Position numbers and translations under genes: made by a program. A stretch of 64,000 nt of DNA from a virus. The notes below the pieces were generated by a model. It saw nothing but the letters and a program-made list of their open reading frames with translations. It searched no databases and was not told the origin of the DNA. The DNA is taken from the IMG/VR virus record IMGVR_UViG_3300042890_001842, positions 48,012-112,011 of that record; one strand, 5' to 3'. Shown here one piece after another: positions 21,768-31,028 of the stretch (positions are counted from its first letter, which is position 1; every line of letters starts with the position of its first letter).

Positions 21768-22423
21768 TTACTCCCTAGAATAGCCCAATCCCATTCCGAC
21801 TCCGAATCCAGCTTCTTGAGCAAATGCTCCTTGTAATGAAACTATGTCATCACCACTAGCATTTATTCCCATTGCTCTTCTTCTTACATCTTCAAAGGTA
21901 GGACCTTTGTTTTCTTCGCTTCTTTCTAAAGTTTTATCTTGTAGTGAAGCTAAGAATATTCTTTTTTCCTCTTCCACCTTTTGCATTGCTGAAAAGGTTT
22001 CAAGTAGTTCTGGTAAAGATAAATTTTCCTCTAAATCTTGGTAACTTTTCCAACTACCAATAAGAAAAACTTGTCCCTCTAAAGCAGCTAAGTCTAGTTC
22101 TGACCAGCCAGAACCGCCGCCATTAGGTTTGGGTCGTCAAGCTTGATCCCGCCGCATACTTCAAGAATCCTATTGATTGTTGGAATATCTAGCGCTTCTT
22201 CTAGCAAGTCTTTATCTTTAACTAGTTCTGGAAGTTGTGTTTCTAGAGCAATTCCGCATGCTTCAATTAGAACTCCCAATGACTCATCTTCTGTTGTAGC
22301 TTCTTGAGCTTTATTAATAACAGCCATGAACTTACGAAGCTGTTTGATTGATAGCGGCTTTAACTGAACTGTGTTGCCGTCTTGTAGTTTAATTTCTTCT
22401 ACATCGTATACCGTAGTGGCCAA
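21768..22423 (-). CDS. Tail assembly chaperone, -1 frameshift product (gpGT-like)
   Basis: The -1 frame is open from the heptamer (PNGGGSGWSELDLAALEGQVFLIGSW...) into ORF 21768-21986. Confidence 0.8.
22094..22423 (-). CDS. Tail assembly chaperone (gpG-like)
   Basis: TTG start with GGAGG SD; lies between the major tail and tape measure genes. Confidence 0.85.
   Translation of the reverse strand: MATTVYDVEEIKLQDGNTVQLKPLSIKQLRKFMAVINKAQEATTEDESLGVLIEACGIALETQLPELVKDKDLLEEALDIPTINRILEVCGGIKLDDPNLMAAVLAGQN
22127..22133 (-). other. Programmed -1 frameshift heptamer C CCA AAC
   Basis: X XXY YYZ form in the correct frame; the -1 frame is closed by TGA just upstream of it. Confidence 0.8.
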
Positions 22424-22484
22424 TTTATCCTCCTTTAGGATTATAAATCATTATAACAAAAGAAATATATTAATACAAGCAGAA

Positions 22485-22504
22485 AGCCCTCATTTCTGAG
22501 GGCT
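22485..22504 (-). terminator. Hairpin terminator after the major tail gene
   Basis: AGCCCTCA-N4-TGAGGGCT inverted repeat. Confidence 0.65.
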
Positions 22505-22529
22505 TCTGTTAATAATTAAATAAATTTAA

Positions 22530-23285
22530 TTATGCGTAAACACGGTCAATAATCTTACCGTATTCTTGACCAGCATATGTCGCATTTCCTGATGGAAGGA
22601 GACGGAATGTTACTGGGAATGTTGTTGGGGTATTACGTGCAAGTGAGAACTGTGACTGTTGTACAGATAGAACACGACGTGCGTAGTATACTCTCTCCTG
22701 CTTTGTGAAGCTTGTGACGTTGTACTCTGGTGCTGGACCGACAGCAACTAGCTGACGCTCAACTGGAGCAGAAAGCAAAGCTCCTGCTGCCAAACCAAGA
22801 ACCTGTGGTGTGCCTGAATCTCCTGGGCCTGTTGGCTCTGCTGTTGTTAGAGTATCATCTCCGTCAAAAGCTCCTGCTCCTGATCCTGCCTCAGTAATTC
22901 CTGTTGCTCCTCCTGGCTGACCAAATACAACTAGAAGATTCTCTAGAGTACCTTCTGTCATTTCTGTTGCTAGCATAACTTCCATTGACTCCTTGAAAAG
23001 CTTTGCTGTATCAAGAAGCTGATCTACAGTTACTGAACCGTATGTTGGGTTGTATGTAATCTGAAGACCGTTGTTTGTGTAACCTACGTTACGGAACTTT
23101 GCTGTTGATGGTGAAGCTGTGTAAGCTGCATTTAGTGTGTCTGTGTATGAACCAGTACCAAATGCTACCTTACCTGCACCCTTTGTTGGATCCAAATCCA
23201 CTGCGTCTCCAGCTTTTGTGCTGATGAATAGTGGTGATGCACCCACGATAATATTTTTGGCTGAGTTGTATAATTCTTTTGCCAT
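22530..23285 (-). CDS. Major tail tube protein
   Basis: 251 aa; VGYTNNGLQITY...VDQ motif; GGAGG SD; synteny. Confidence 0.85.
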   Translation of the reverse strand: MAKELYNSAKNIIVGASPLFISTKAGDAVDLDPTKGAGKVAFGTGSYTDTLNAAYTASPSTAKFRNVGYTNNGLQITYNPTYGSVTVDQLLDTAKLFKESMEVMLATEMTEGTLENLLVVFGQPGGATGITEAGSGAGAFDGDDTLTTAEPTGPGDSGTPQVLGLAAGALLSAPVERQLVAVGPAPEYNVTSFTKQERVYYARRVLSVQQSQFSLARNTPTTFPVTFRLLPSGNATYAGQEYGKIIDRVYA

Positions 23286-23374
23286 TTTTTGACCTCCATG
23301 TTAAAAATAATATTTGCTGGCTAGGCTCTTTTCCTCTATGTCCAATTTTAGATTAAAATAGGTTATAAAGCAAC

Positions 23375-23914
23375 CTATAGGAAACGGCCCTGTATATTCG
23401 AATGTCTTGAGTATTTAAGCTCTAATACTATCTCTTCTGATAGGAATCCCTGAATTTCTTGAGATGGTTGAGTAGGGGATATATCTGCAATATGGATACT
23501 GTGGAATTTAAATTCGCTTGACTTATCTGGCCATGCATTTACTTCTTTGGCTGAATCGTCCATTCTTCTAAATAGATCCATCATAAAGTTTCTCATAATT
23601 GTTATCTTGTTGTAATCTATTGCATATACTGTAAATACAACTTGCTCACAGCATATGGCCCAGTTCTCTTCATATGATATTCCTATTTTATCGTATACGA
23701 TATGAGTTTTATTATCTTCATTTGCTGTAGTTGGTCCAAGGAAGAAGGTTGTCATTTCTGGAACTTGTTGTACTGGGATGATAGGAACTATTGTATTTCC
23801 ATTCCCGTCCAAATAATCATTTGAAGATAAAACACCTTCTTGCTTTAGCTTATACCAAAGATAATTTCTTATCTCTACAACTGCATCTTTTGAGTAATTG
23901 ACCATGTTATCCAC
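23375..23914 (-). CDS. Tail terminator-like protein
   Basis: Position immediately upstream of the major tail gene. Confidence 0.55.
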   Translation of the reverse strand: MDNMVNYSKDAVVEIRNYLWYKLKQEGVLSSNDYLDGNGNTIVPIIPVQQVPEMTTFFLGPTTANEDNKTHIVYDKIGISYEENWAICCEQVVFTVYAIDYNKITIMRNFMMDLFRRMDDSAKEVNAWPDKSSEFKFHSIHIADISPTQPSQEIQGFLSEEIVLELKYSRHSNIQGRFL

Positions 23915-24677
23915 TAAACGCTGCTGACACAGCGGCCTTTGCTTGTGATCTTATAGCGTTAGGGCTAAAGCTATATTTAACAGTTCTAATATTGTTTGGC
24001 AAATCTAAAGCTTTTGATAATGATGAATTAAATAAATTTTGAAACCCTGACCTTTTGATTGATTCATTTACTAAATTACCTTTAAAGAAATGCGAATATG
24101 CCATTTGAAACGAGTTCTTTACTCCAGGTCCTCCTGGCCTTCTAACGGTCACAGAGGCTCCTTTAGGCATGTATACAGTATAACCATTAACTTCGAATAC
24201 TAAGCGCTGAGAATGGCGTGGGGCTATTTTAAGAGGCATCCCAGCTTCCATCACAGAAGCTTTATTTGTAAATACATGTCTTCTCTTTGAAGAAGATTTT
24301 GCAAATGACTTAGATGGCAAAAAATCATATAAAACTTTAAATGATAATTGATCTGTATTTAATCTATTTAACTTAAATAATCTTGCAGATTTTTCTCCAA
24401 CCCTATTCCATTCATAAACATGATGAAGTGATCTAGGATTAGTTCTTGCTTTTGCATCAATATAGTTTCCAAAATCTTTTTCTATCTGAGTATAAATCAT
24501 AGAATTGAATTTATTCTTAAATCCTGGATCGTCCATGACATTTGCCATTACTTGTGAATTGTAATAAACAAAAGCGGAAATTTGTGAGACTACGCTATTT
24601 TTAATAATTCCAGCAGATGGCTCAACCATTAAAGGCTGTAGTTTGCTTGATGCTTGTACTAGTACGTTAGAGTCCAA
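23907..24677 (-). CDS. Neck / tail completion protein
   Basis: Basic 256-aa protein in the head-tail block; function from synteny only. Confidence 0.5.
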   Translation of the reverse strand: MDSNVLVQASSKLQPLMVEPSAGIIKNSVVSQISAFVYYNSQVMANVMDDPGFKNKFNSMIYTQIEKDFGNYIDAKARTNPRSLHHVYEWNRVGEKSARLFKLNRLNTDQLSFKVLYDFLPSKSFAKSSSKRRHVFTNKASVMEAGMPLKIAPRHSQRLVFEVNGYTVYMPKGASVTVRRPGGPGVKNSFQMAYSHFFKGNLVNESIKRSGFQNLFNSSLSKALDLPNNIRTVKYSFSPNAIRSQAKAAVSAAFSG

Positions 24678-25095
24678 TTCCCTGATTCTCCGATCTCTTT
24701 AAAGAAGAGTTATATCCTAATGTGCGTCCAAATGGATCTGTTAATGGGGTTGTTCCAACTACTTCAAATACTGTTGGAGTTTCTTCTGGGAAGTTTAATT
24801 CTGTCCAAATTTGAACACCGTCTGCATTTCTAATATTAGTAACTTTTTCTTTTGCAGTAATTTTTTCAACTGTTCTAACCTGAATCATTTGATCATTAAT
24901 ATATCTGTTATCAAAAATCTGCTTATCGCTACTTCTTGTTGTTGCTGAGTTACTAATAACTCCTTTAGCATGGCAGTCTATTGTCTTGTAGTACATCCAT
25001 TGACGCTTGATAGCACCAGTGTAGCTATCTTGATCTTCTTTTTGTCTGTAGACATCCATTTTCATGGAAAGGATAGAGTCGATAAGATCATTCAT
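24667..25095 (-). CDS. Head-tail stopper / head closure protein
   Basis: 142 aa, beta-rich; follows the adaptor. Confidence 0.55.
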   Translation of the reverse strand: MNDLIDSILSMKMDVYRQKEDQDSYTGAIKRQWMYYKTIDCHAKGVISNSATTRSSDKQIFDNRYINDQMIQVRTVEKITAKEKVTNIRNADGVQIWTELNFPEETPTVFEVVGTTPLTDPFGRTLGYNSSLKRSENQGIGL

Positions 25096-26081
25096 TATAC
25101 TACGACCATATTAGTAATTACATATGGAGATAGTAGTTGATCGGCATAAAGATTTCCCGTTCCGCTTGTGGCTCCATCAGAGTACTCAAACTGCCAGTCA
25201 AATGTTTGAATATTCTTTATATACTTGTTTTTCCAAATCTTATCTTTTGCAAAGTAATCCTTCATCAATTCAATGCATGCTAGCTCAACATTGTCTGGGA
25301 CTTTATCCCAACCAAATCTTCCATGAACTTTATATGTTGCGTTATTCTTAAACACTCCATGCGAGTAATCTGTTGCTGAAGGTGGAACCATTCCGTTTGC
25401 AGTATAGACTGTATTGTCTAGCATGCTAGCCTTGTTTACTCTGATTCCAAATCCGCTTTCAGATATCTGAGTATCGTAATTCCAGTTGTTAACATTGTTT
25501 AGGTTATCTATAAGTAGATAATCATTTACATATAGTTCATGTAAATCATTTATTCTATATGGGAGTGGAAGTACATCTGATCCAGAGCCATAAACAATAA
25601 ATGTATCATCATAAAGGAAAAAATCCTGTCCAGTATAATCTTCAATTATTTTTCTGGCATATTTTTCAGCAGCTTTTAAATCTTTATACGAAACATAATT
25701 AGGGTCAGTGTTATCTATGCTTAACCCTAATTCTTCTGATGACTGAGTTAGGTCTGTATAAGGTGTAACAACAAATACGTTGTGTGATTTTGTTACTGTA
25801 ACCCCGCCTACAACATACTCCCATTCCAACTTTAAAGTCTTATTTCTATTTGTTAAAGAATAGGGAATATTTATATAATACAAGCCAACGTTTGTTTCAT
25901 CTTTTACTGATGTTAGTGTTGCTAAGATTGTAGAAGGATTAACGGCTGGGACAACTAGGGGGTCCGCCGTAATATCATAAATTCTAACTGAAGGGAGTGT
26001 TGAATCTACGTCAGATGCAACTCCCTGCCAAAATATTTGATGAGTTATTGGTGAACTTGAATTAGTGTATACCTCTGCCAT
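25095..26081 (-). CDS. Head-tail adaptor with an extra N-terminal Ig-like domain
   Basis: A..IIE.YTG and FGW..VP..V..A motifs. Confidence 0.7.
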   Translation of the reverse strand: MAEVYTNSSSPITHQIFWQGVASDVDSTLPSVRIYDITADPLVVPAVNPSTILATLTSVKDETNVGLYYINIPYSLTNRNKTLKLEWEYVVGGVTVTKSHNVFVVTPYTDLTQSSEELGLSIDNTDPNYVSYKDLKAAEKYARKIIEDYTGQDFFLYDDTFIVYGSGSDVLPLPYRINDLHELYVNDYLLIDNLNNVNNWNYDTQISESGFGIRVNKASMLDNTVYTANGMVPPSATDYSHGVFKNNATYKVHGRFGWDKVPDNVELACIELMKDYFAKDKIWKNKYIKNIQTFDWQFEYSDGATSGTGNLYADQLLSPYVITNMVVV

Positions 26082-26091
26082 TTAATAGGCT

Positions 26092-26490
26092 TTAGTTGTA
26101 AAACTCCTGAACTTCTTTAGGAGTTGCCAATCTAAAACCTTCCTCCTTATCAAAAATTGCCTGAGCGTTTTCATCGCTCATAGCCACAAACGGATGCTCT
26201 TTTGTAAACGTATGTCCCATAATATCATATCTAAAATTATCTCTAGTCATTCTAACCAGAACATTATCTTTTGCTAATTGCTTTTTTGCATCAAATCTTG
26301 GTAGGACTTCTTGCGACATATCGTCTTCTTCCTCATTCTTTTCTAAGGTCTTGCTATAAATAGACCATGTAACGCCTTCCTCTGACAAGGCGGCAATAAT
26401 ACTTGCTTTGTTTTTTAGACCATCTGTATCAACGGCAAAATCTTCCGCTATTTTCTTTAACTCAGATACCTTAAGTGTCTCAAATGACAT
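26092..26490 (-). CDS. Protein with N-terminal Rho-N/HeH-like domain
   Basis: LKVSELKKIAEDF...KASIIAAL motif. Confidence 0.6.
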   Translation of the reverse strand: MSFETLKVSELKKIAEDFAVDTDGLKNKASIIAALSEEGVTWSIYSKTLEKNEEEDDMSQEVLPRFDAKKQLAKDNVLVRMTRDNFRYDIMGHTFTKEHPFVAMSDENAQAIFDKEEGFRLATPKEVQEFYN

Positions 26491-26544
26491 TTTATCTCCT
26501 TAACTAGGTAATGCAATTATATCACTAAGAAATTTAAATGAAAA

Positions 26545-26566
26545 GCCCCTAAATTTAATTAGGGGC
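26545..26566 (-). terminator. Intrinsic terminator after the capsid gene
   Basis: GCCCCTAA-N6-TTAGGGGC followed by TTTT on the minus strand. Confidence 0.75.
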
Positions 26567-26596
26567 CTTTCTTGCAAGTCTTCTTAATAAATTAAA

Positions 26597-27649
26597 TTAT
26601 GAAGCGACCTTAACGTTCTTAACAACTACCCAAGCATCTGCTTGCTCAATCTGGACACCAACACGAGTATACATTGTGTACTCAATTGCGTCCTTCTTTG
26701 GCCAGAAGAAGCGGTAAACAGTTACATCACGCTTGATACCAATAACTACGTTATTTGGGAATGTCAAGTGGATATCTCCGTGATTACCAGTCTCTCCTGA
26801 GTAATCGCCATCCTGTGCTTCAGGAAGTAGTGGAACTTCAACGATTGGAATACCAAATGCGAATGGAGCTACATAACCTGCTGGACCACCTAGTGGCTGT
26901 ACACCTTGTCCACGGATTACGCTTGAAGCGATATCCTGTGGGATAGTGTTGTTTGTTCCAATGCTGTTAGCATATAGGAAATCTTGGATTAGGTTTGAAC
27001 CTGCCAAGAAGCGAAGATCTGAACGGCGCTGCTTGTACTTACGTGGAAGTGCCTTCAATGCAGAATTAAATACTGCACGAGAAACAGCTGCTCCACCAGC
27101 ATCAACAACGTGACCGTTTGCCTTAGCCTTCTTAACTACACCATCAAATGCCTTGTAAAGATTGTCTCCTGTTAGTGAAACGTTTCCGTTTAGAAGAACA
27201 TCTTCAATATCGTTACCTGCCTGTGTTGCCATCATGCGGGCGATATGGTCTTCAAGATCAGCACCTTCAATATTGTCTTCTAGAGACTCTGTTGAAAGCT
27301 CCCAATCTAGACGAAGCTTCTTTGTTGTTAGCGAGATCTTTGAGAAAGATACCGCTGAGTTTGAACCTGTATTGTCTGCTTCAGTTGCGAGAACCATAAG
27401 CTTCTCACCTACTGACATGCGATCAATTTCGGTTGTATCAGATCTCATTCTGACTGTACGGGCGACCTTACCAATTACGGTTGCGTCGAACATATAATCT
27501 AGAAAGCGGGCTGATTGTTCTGCATTGAGAAGTCCACCTTCTCCTTCAGAACCAACGTGAATACCAGTTGTAGCTACTGCTGCACCTGTCATGTTAGCTG
27601 TAACGTGTGTGTTAGCCGCTACTGCTTTTTCTAATGTTTCATTGCTCAT
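26597..27649 (-). CDS. Major capsid protein (HK97 fold)
   Basis: 350 aa; GGLL..EQ..RF, ELSTESLEDNIEG and GIPIVEVP motifs; follows the protease. Confidence 0.92.
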   Translation of the reverse strand: MSNETLEKAVAANTHVTANMTGAAVATTGIHVGSEGEGGLLNAEQSARFLDYMFDATVIGKVARTVRMRSDTTEIDRMSVGEKLMVLATEADNTGSNSAVSFSKISLTTKKLRLDWELSTESLEDNIEGADLEDHIARMMATQAGNDIEDVLLNGNVSLTGDNLYKAFDGVVKKAKANGHVVDAGGAAVSRAVFNSALKALPRKYKQRRSDLRFLAGSNLIQDFLYANSIGTNNTIPQDIASSVIRGQGVQPLGGPAGYVAPFAFGIPIVEVPLLPEAQDGDYSGETGNHGDIHLTFPNNVVIGIKRDVTVYRFFWPKKDAIEYTMYTRVGVQIEQADAWVVVKNVKVAS

Positions 27650-27668
27650 TATATTTTCACCTACCTTT

Positions 27669-28988
27669 TTATTTTAAAAGTTCATTTACGGAACCGAGGA
27701 AAGAACCGTTCCATTTTGATTTCTTGATTGTTACTTCCTGAGACCCGCCAAGGTCTGAGGACTTCTTAATTGCAGTCTCTGATTCTACTGCGTCGACACG
27801 CTTTTCAACATTATCAATCGTGTTCTTGATATTCTCTACAGCCTTTGATAGTGCTGCATGCTGTTCTGCCAATTCTGAAATCTTAACATCTACGCTCTTG
27901 CTAAAAGTCTCAACGGTATCTTTAATACCTGTAACTTGTAAAGCATTTGCCTCAGACGCCTTATTCAGAGTCTCAGAGAAAAAGCCCTTTAGATCGCCAA
28001 GCATCTTTGCAAAATCAGGTTCATCAACCTCAACTTCGGATACGTCGGCTGCTTTTTCCAGAGTTTCGGCAGGAGCGTCTGCTACTGCGTCTGCAGGAGC
28101 TTCAGCTGGTGCTTCTTCAGCAACAACTGATGTTTCTTCTACGGCTGCTTCTGACACTACTGCATCTTCTGCAACTACGTTTTCTGTATTTTCTGACACT
28201 TCATTACCTCCTTCTGCGTTTGCCTGTTTTGCAATTGTTTGTGTATCAGGCAACGTCAATCTTGATTGCTTGTGTGAATCAAGAATTTTATTTATTTCTT
28301 TTGACTTGTTAATGTCGTTAGACTCTACCCAGCCAATTAAAGATGCTGGCTTTCCAGAAACTGGAGAGGTGTATTCTTTTTCTGTTGACATGAATACGGT
28401 GTCGCTTTCTTCACAATAAAAAATATTTTCCATTTTTGTTTCTGCTGCAATACCCTTGAACATTAGCTGTCCGTTCATCTTTTGGATAGAAAGAATGTTG
28501 CATAATTCATTTGCAGGTGAATCAACTACTGAAAGCTCCATCAAAGAATACTCCTTGATAAATCTTACTGGCTTTCCTGTTGACTTGTTAACTTCATTTT
28601 CTGAATCAATAATCTTTCCGCCGATTGAAAATCCTTGAAGAGTTCCGTCTAAAATTTTTTCCCATGTATCTTGTGCGCCTTTTGAAATGTAAGCATCTAC
28701 ATAAACGCCATTGAAGAACTCGCCAGTCTTTGCATCGAAGTAAGTTTCTGGCTTAAATGAAACCATCTTACCTACAGATATAGAACCATGCATCTCACGA
28801 ATGTTTCCACGGAAATTTTCAAATGCTTTCATGCTAGCTTCTGACGTTACTACGTCACCAGTCTGATCAAGATTGTCTAGTGTTGCAAATCCTGAGACTG
28901 TACGCTTTTCACGGTTGACCTTTGTAAATGGGACAGATAAATTAATATTATCGCCATTTGATGACCATAGTGATTTTTCAATATTCAT
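27669..28988 (-). CDS. Prohead protease fused to an acidic/coiled-coil scaffold
   Basis: IREMH, GFSIGG and ELSVVDSPAN motifs of HK97-type proteases. Confidence 0.9.
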   Translation of the reverse strand: MNIEKSLWSSNGDNINLSVPFTKVNREKRTVSGFATLDNLDQTGDVVTSEASMKAFENFRGNIREMHGSISVGKMVSFKPETYFDAKTGEFFNGVYVDAYISKGAQDTWEKILDGTLQGFSIGGKIIDSENEVNKSTGKPVRFIKEYSLMELSVVDSPANELCNILSIQKMNGQLMFKGIAAETKMENIFYCEESDTVFMSTEKEYTSPVSGKPASLIGWVESNDINKSKEINKILDSHKQSRLTLPDTQTIAKQANAEGGNEVSENTENVVAEDAVVSEAAVEETSVVAEEAPAEAPADAVADAPAETLEKAADVSEVEVDEPDFAKMLGDLKGFFSETLNKASEANALQVTGIKDTVETFSKSVDVKISELAEQHAALSKAVENIKNTIDNVEKRVDAVESETAIKKSSDLGGSQEVTIKKSKWNGSFLGSVNELLK

Positions 28989-29042
28989 ATGCTTTATTAT
29001 ATTTATTTATGTATAAAAAGGCAAATAAACAGTTGAGTAGTA

Positions 29043-30635
29043 TTAGTCAACTTGTCTGCCTTCTCCTTGAGGATTTCTAGATTCTCCAGAAGTGTCTGGT
29101 GAATTGTTGCTTCTTTCTTGACCCCTAGCCCTAGTATTACCAGCCTGTGATCTAATTTCTGCTTGGGCTTCTGGCTTCAAAACAACAACTTCATCTCCTC
29201 CATCGAGTGGCACCATGCCTCTTCTAATACGTACTTCATTAGGAGTTATTACCTGCATTCTCAAATATCTTTCATCAATCTTAGACTGAGTATCCTCATC
29301 TGTCAGGCTTAGCTCATTGAATTTTAATTGCAGGGCATCTGTCATTTCCTGAATTATTTTATTTAGCTTCTTTTCTAATATATCCTGAATTGGCTTACAT
29401 ACTTGCTCTTTAAATGTCTTATCTGCATCACGAGCATTTGCAAGAGATATTCCCTGTGGACTACCAATTTTAGAAATTGGTACACGATGAGCCATCAAGA
29501 TTTCATCTCTATTTGACTGTCTGTAAACATTAAATGATGATTCCTGAGTCCCAGCCTCAATTGGCTCCATTTTAAATTCAACCTTTGAGTCTGGTGAGTC
29601 TGCTGGAAGCGGGATATAAAGTGAGCGGTGATTTTTTCCTTTAAGACCGACTTGGAAAAATTCCAAAAGTTTACGCTCTGAATCTGGGGAAAGCTTTGCT
29701 CCTTTTACTGTAATAATATAACGTGGAACAGCCTTGTTCTCAAAGTAATCAAGATTATACTTACCAGCGAATTCATTTCCAGTCATAGCGTTTTGTGCAG
29801 CAATAATGTCTGGGATTCCGTAGTAGTTATTCTTGGGAGTGTACTTCTTAAAGTGAATAATTTCATTTGGTCTATCTAGGCCACCAGCAATTGGATTTAC
29901 CGTCTCTTGATCTCCAAGGTTGCGGAAGAATACTGCCTTGCCATAAAGCAATTGAATAAAGCCATCACGCAGACGACGAACACGCATTGTCTTAGCTGGG
30001 ATATGACCAATGTATCCAATCTTTCCAGAAGTAGTTCTACCTATTTCAAGATAACCATTTCCTGTTGCTTCAACATCTGTATAGAATTTAATAAGTGTTT
30101 CTTTGAATGTCTCTTCATCGTTACATTCTTCTAGCCACTGATGTAGGTCTTGTCTTAGTCTATCAAGCTTTCTACGAGCCCTCTGAAGTTGTGCATCATT
30201 GCTTATCTCATCTATAGCGTCTAAAGTTTTTCTTGTCTCAATAAAATCAAATCCAAGTCCCACAATATTAGAAACTTTTGCGTTAATTGCAGAATAGTTG
30301 TATGGAGAAATTTCGTAAATTGTAGATAAATATTCTAGGTTGTAAGGTGGCTCAACAAGATCAAACATCGCATATCCAGTAACAGCCTGCTGCAATAAGT
30401 TTTGTTGTGTTGCTGTGCCATCTATTCCTGTGAATCGTTTCTGCAAGTCTCTATTCATCTTACGACGAAATGTTGAGCTTAAGCCAGAGACTTTAGATAG
30501 GTCATCTCCTTCAATTTTAAATGGGTCATTACTAACAACATTTTCAGGAGCACTGAATCTCATCCAGTCGTCTAAATTTGAAACCTGAAGGCTTTCTGTA
30601 TTTGACTCTTCTTCGTGTATCATATTATTTTCCAC
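29043..30635 (-). CDS. Portal protein
   Basis: TGNGYLE, EIIHF...YYGIP, YFEN.A.P and TPNEVR motifs. Confidence 0.92.
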   Translation of the reverse strand: MENNMIHEEESNTESLQVSNLDDWMRFSAPENVVSNDPFKIEGDDLSKVSGLSSTFRRKMNRDLQKRFTGIDGTATQQNLLQQAVTGYAMFDLVEPPYNLEYLSTIYEISPYNYSAINAKVSNIVGLGFDFIETRKTLDAIDEISNDAQLQRARRKLDRLRQDLHQWLEECNDEETFKETLIKFYTDVEATGNGYLEIGRTTSGKIGYIGHIPAKTMRVRRLRDGFIQLLYGKAVFFRNLGDQETVNPIAGGLDRPNEIIHFKKYTPKNNYYGIPDIIAAQNAMTGNEFAGKYNLDYFENKAVPRYIITVKGAKLSPDSERKLLEFFQVGLKGKNHRSLYIPLPADSPDSKVEFKMEPIEAGTQESSFNVYRQSNRDEILMAHRVPISKIGSPQGISLANARDADKTFKEQVCKPIQDILEKKLNKIIQEMTDALQLKFNELSLTDEDTQSKIDERYLRMQVITPNEVRIRRGMVPLDGGDEVVVLKPEAQAEIRSQAGNTRARGQERSNNSPDTSGESRNPQGEGRQVD

Positions 30636-30966
30636 CTCTTAGTTTTTTCATTTCGTCTTTATGGTTTCCAATATCTAATGGATCTGGTATTAGGCCCCAC
30701 TCAAGTCTTTTTGACTGATGCTCAAATTCTTCATCATCTATCTTCCTACGACCAGCTAAAAATTTTGGCTTTCCGTCATAAATTCCATAAGAGCGAACCT
30801 CTCTAGCCAAAGCATCTACTTTAGAGCGATTTCCTTTTGTAGAGGTTACTGATAAAAAGTTGCCATCGTCGTCACCAATCCAGCGTCCGTCTGGCATTTC
30901 CCAGACATATATTCCAAGTCTGGTAACATCTTCTACAACTTGAGAGTTTATCTTATTGATATCCAT
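30625..30966 (-). CDS. Hypothetical protein upstream of the portal
   Basis: 113 aa; TGG-TAAAAT close to the ATG. Confidence 0.7.
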   Translation of the reverse strand: MDINKINSQVVEDVTRLGIYVWEMPDGRWIGDDDGNFLSVTSTKGNRSKVDALAREVRSYGIYDGKPKFLAGRRKIDDEEFEHQSKRLEWGLIPDPLDIGNHKDEMKKLRGGK

Positions 30967-31028
30967 AGGTTATCCATTTTACCATTCTTTACAGCCAAAG
31001 TCCATATTTTGTCAGTCAGATTGACAAA

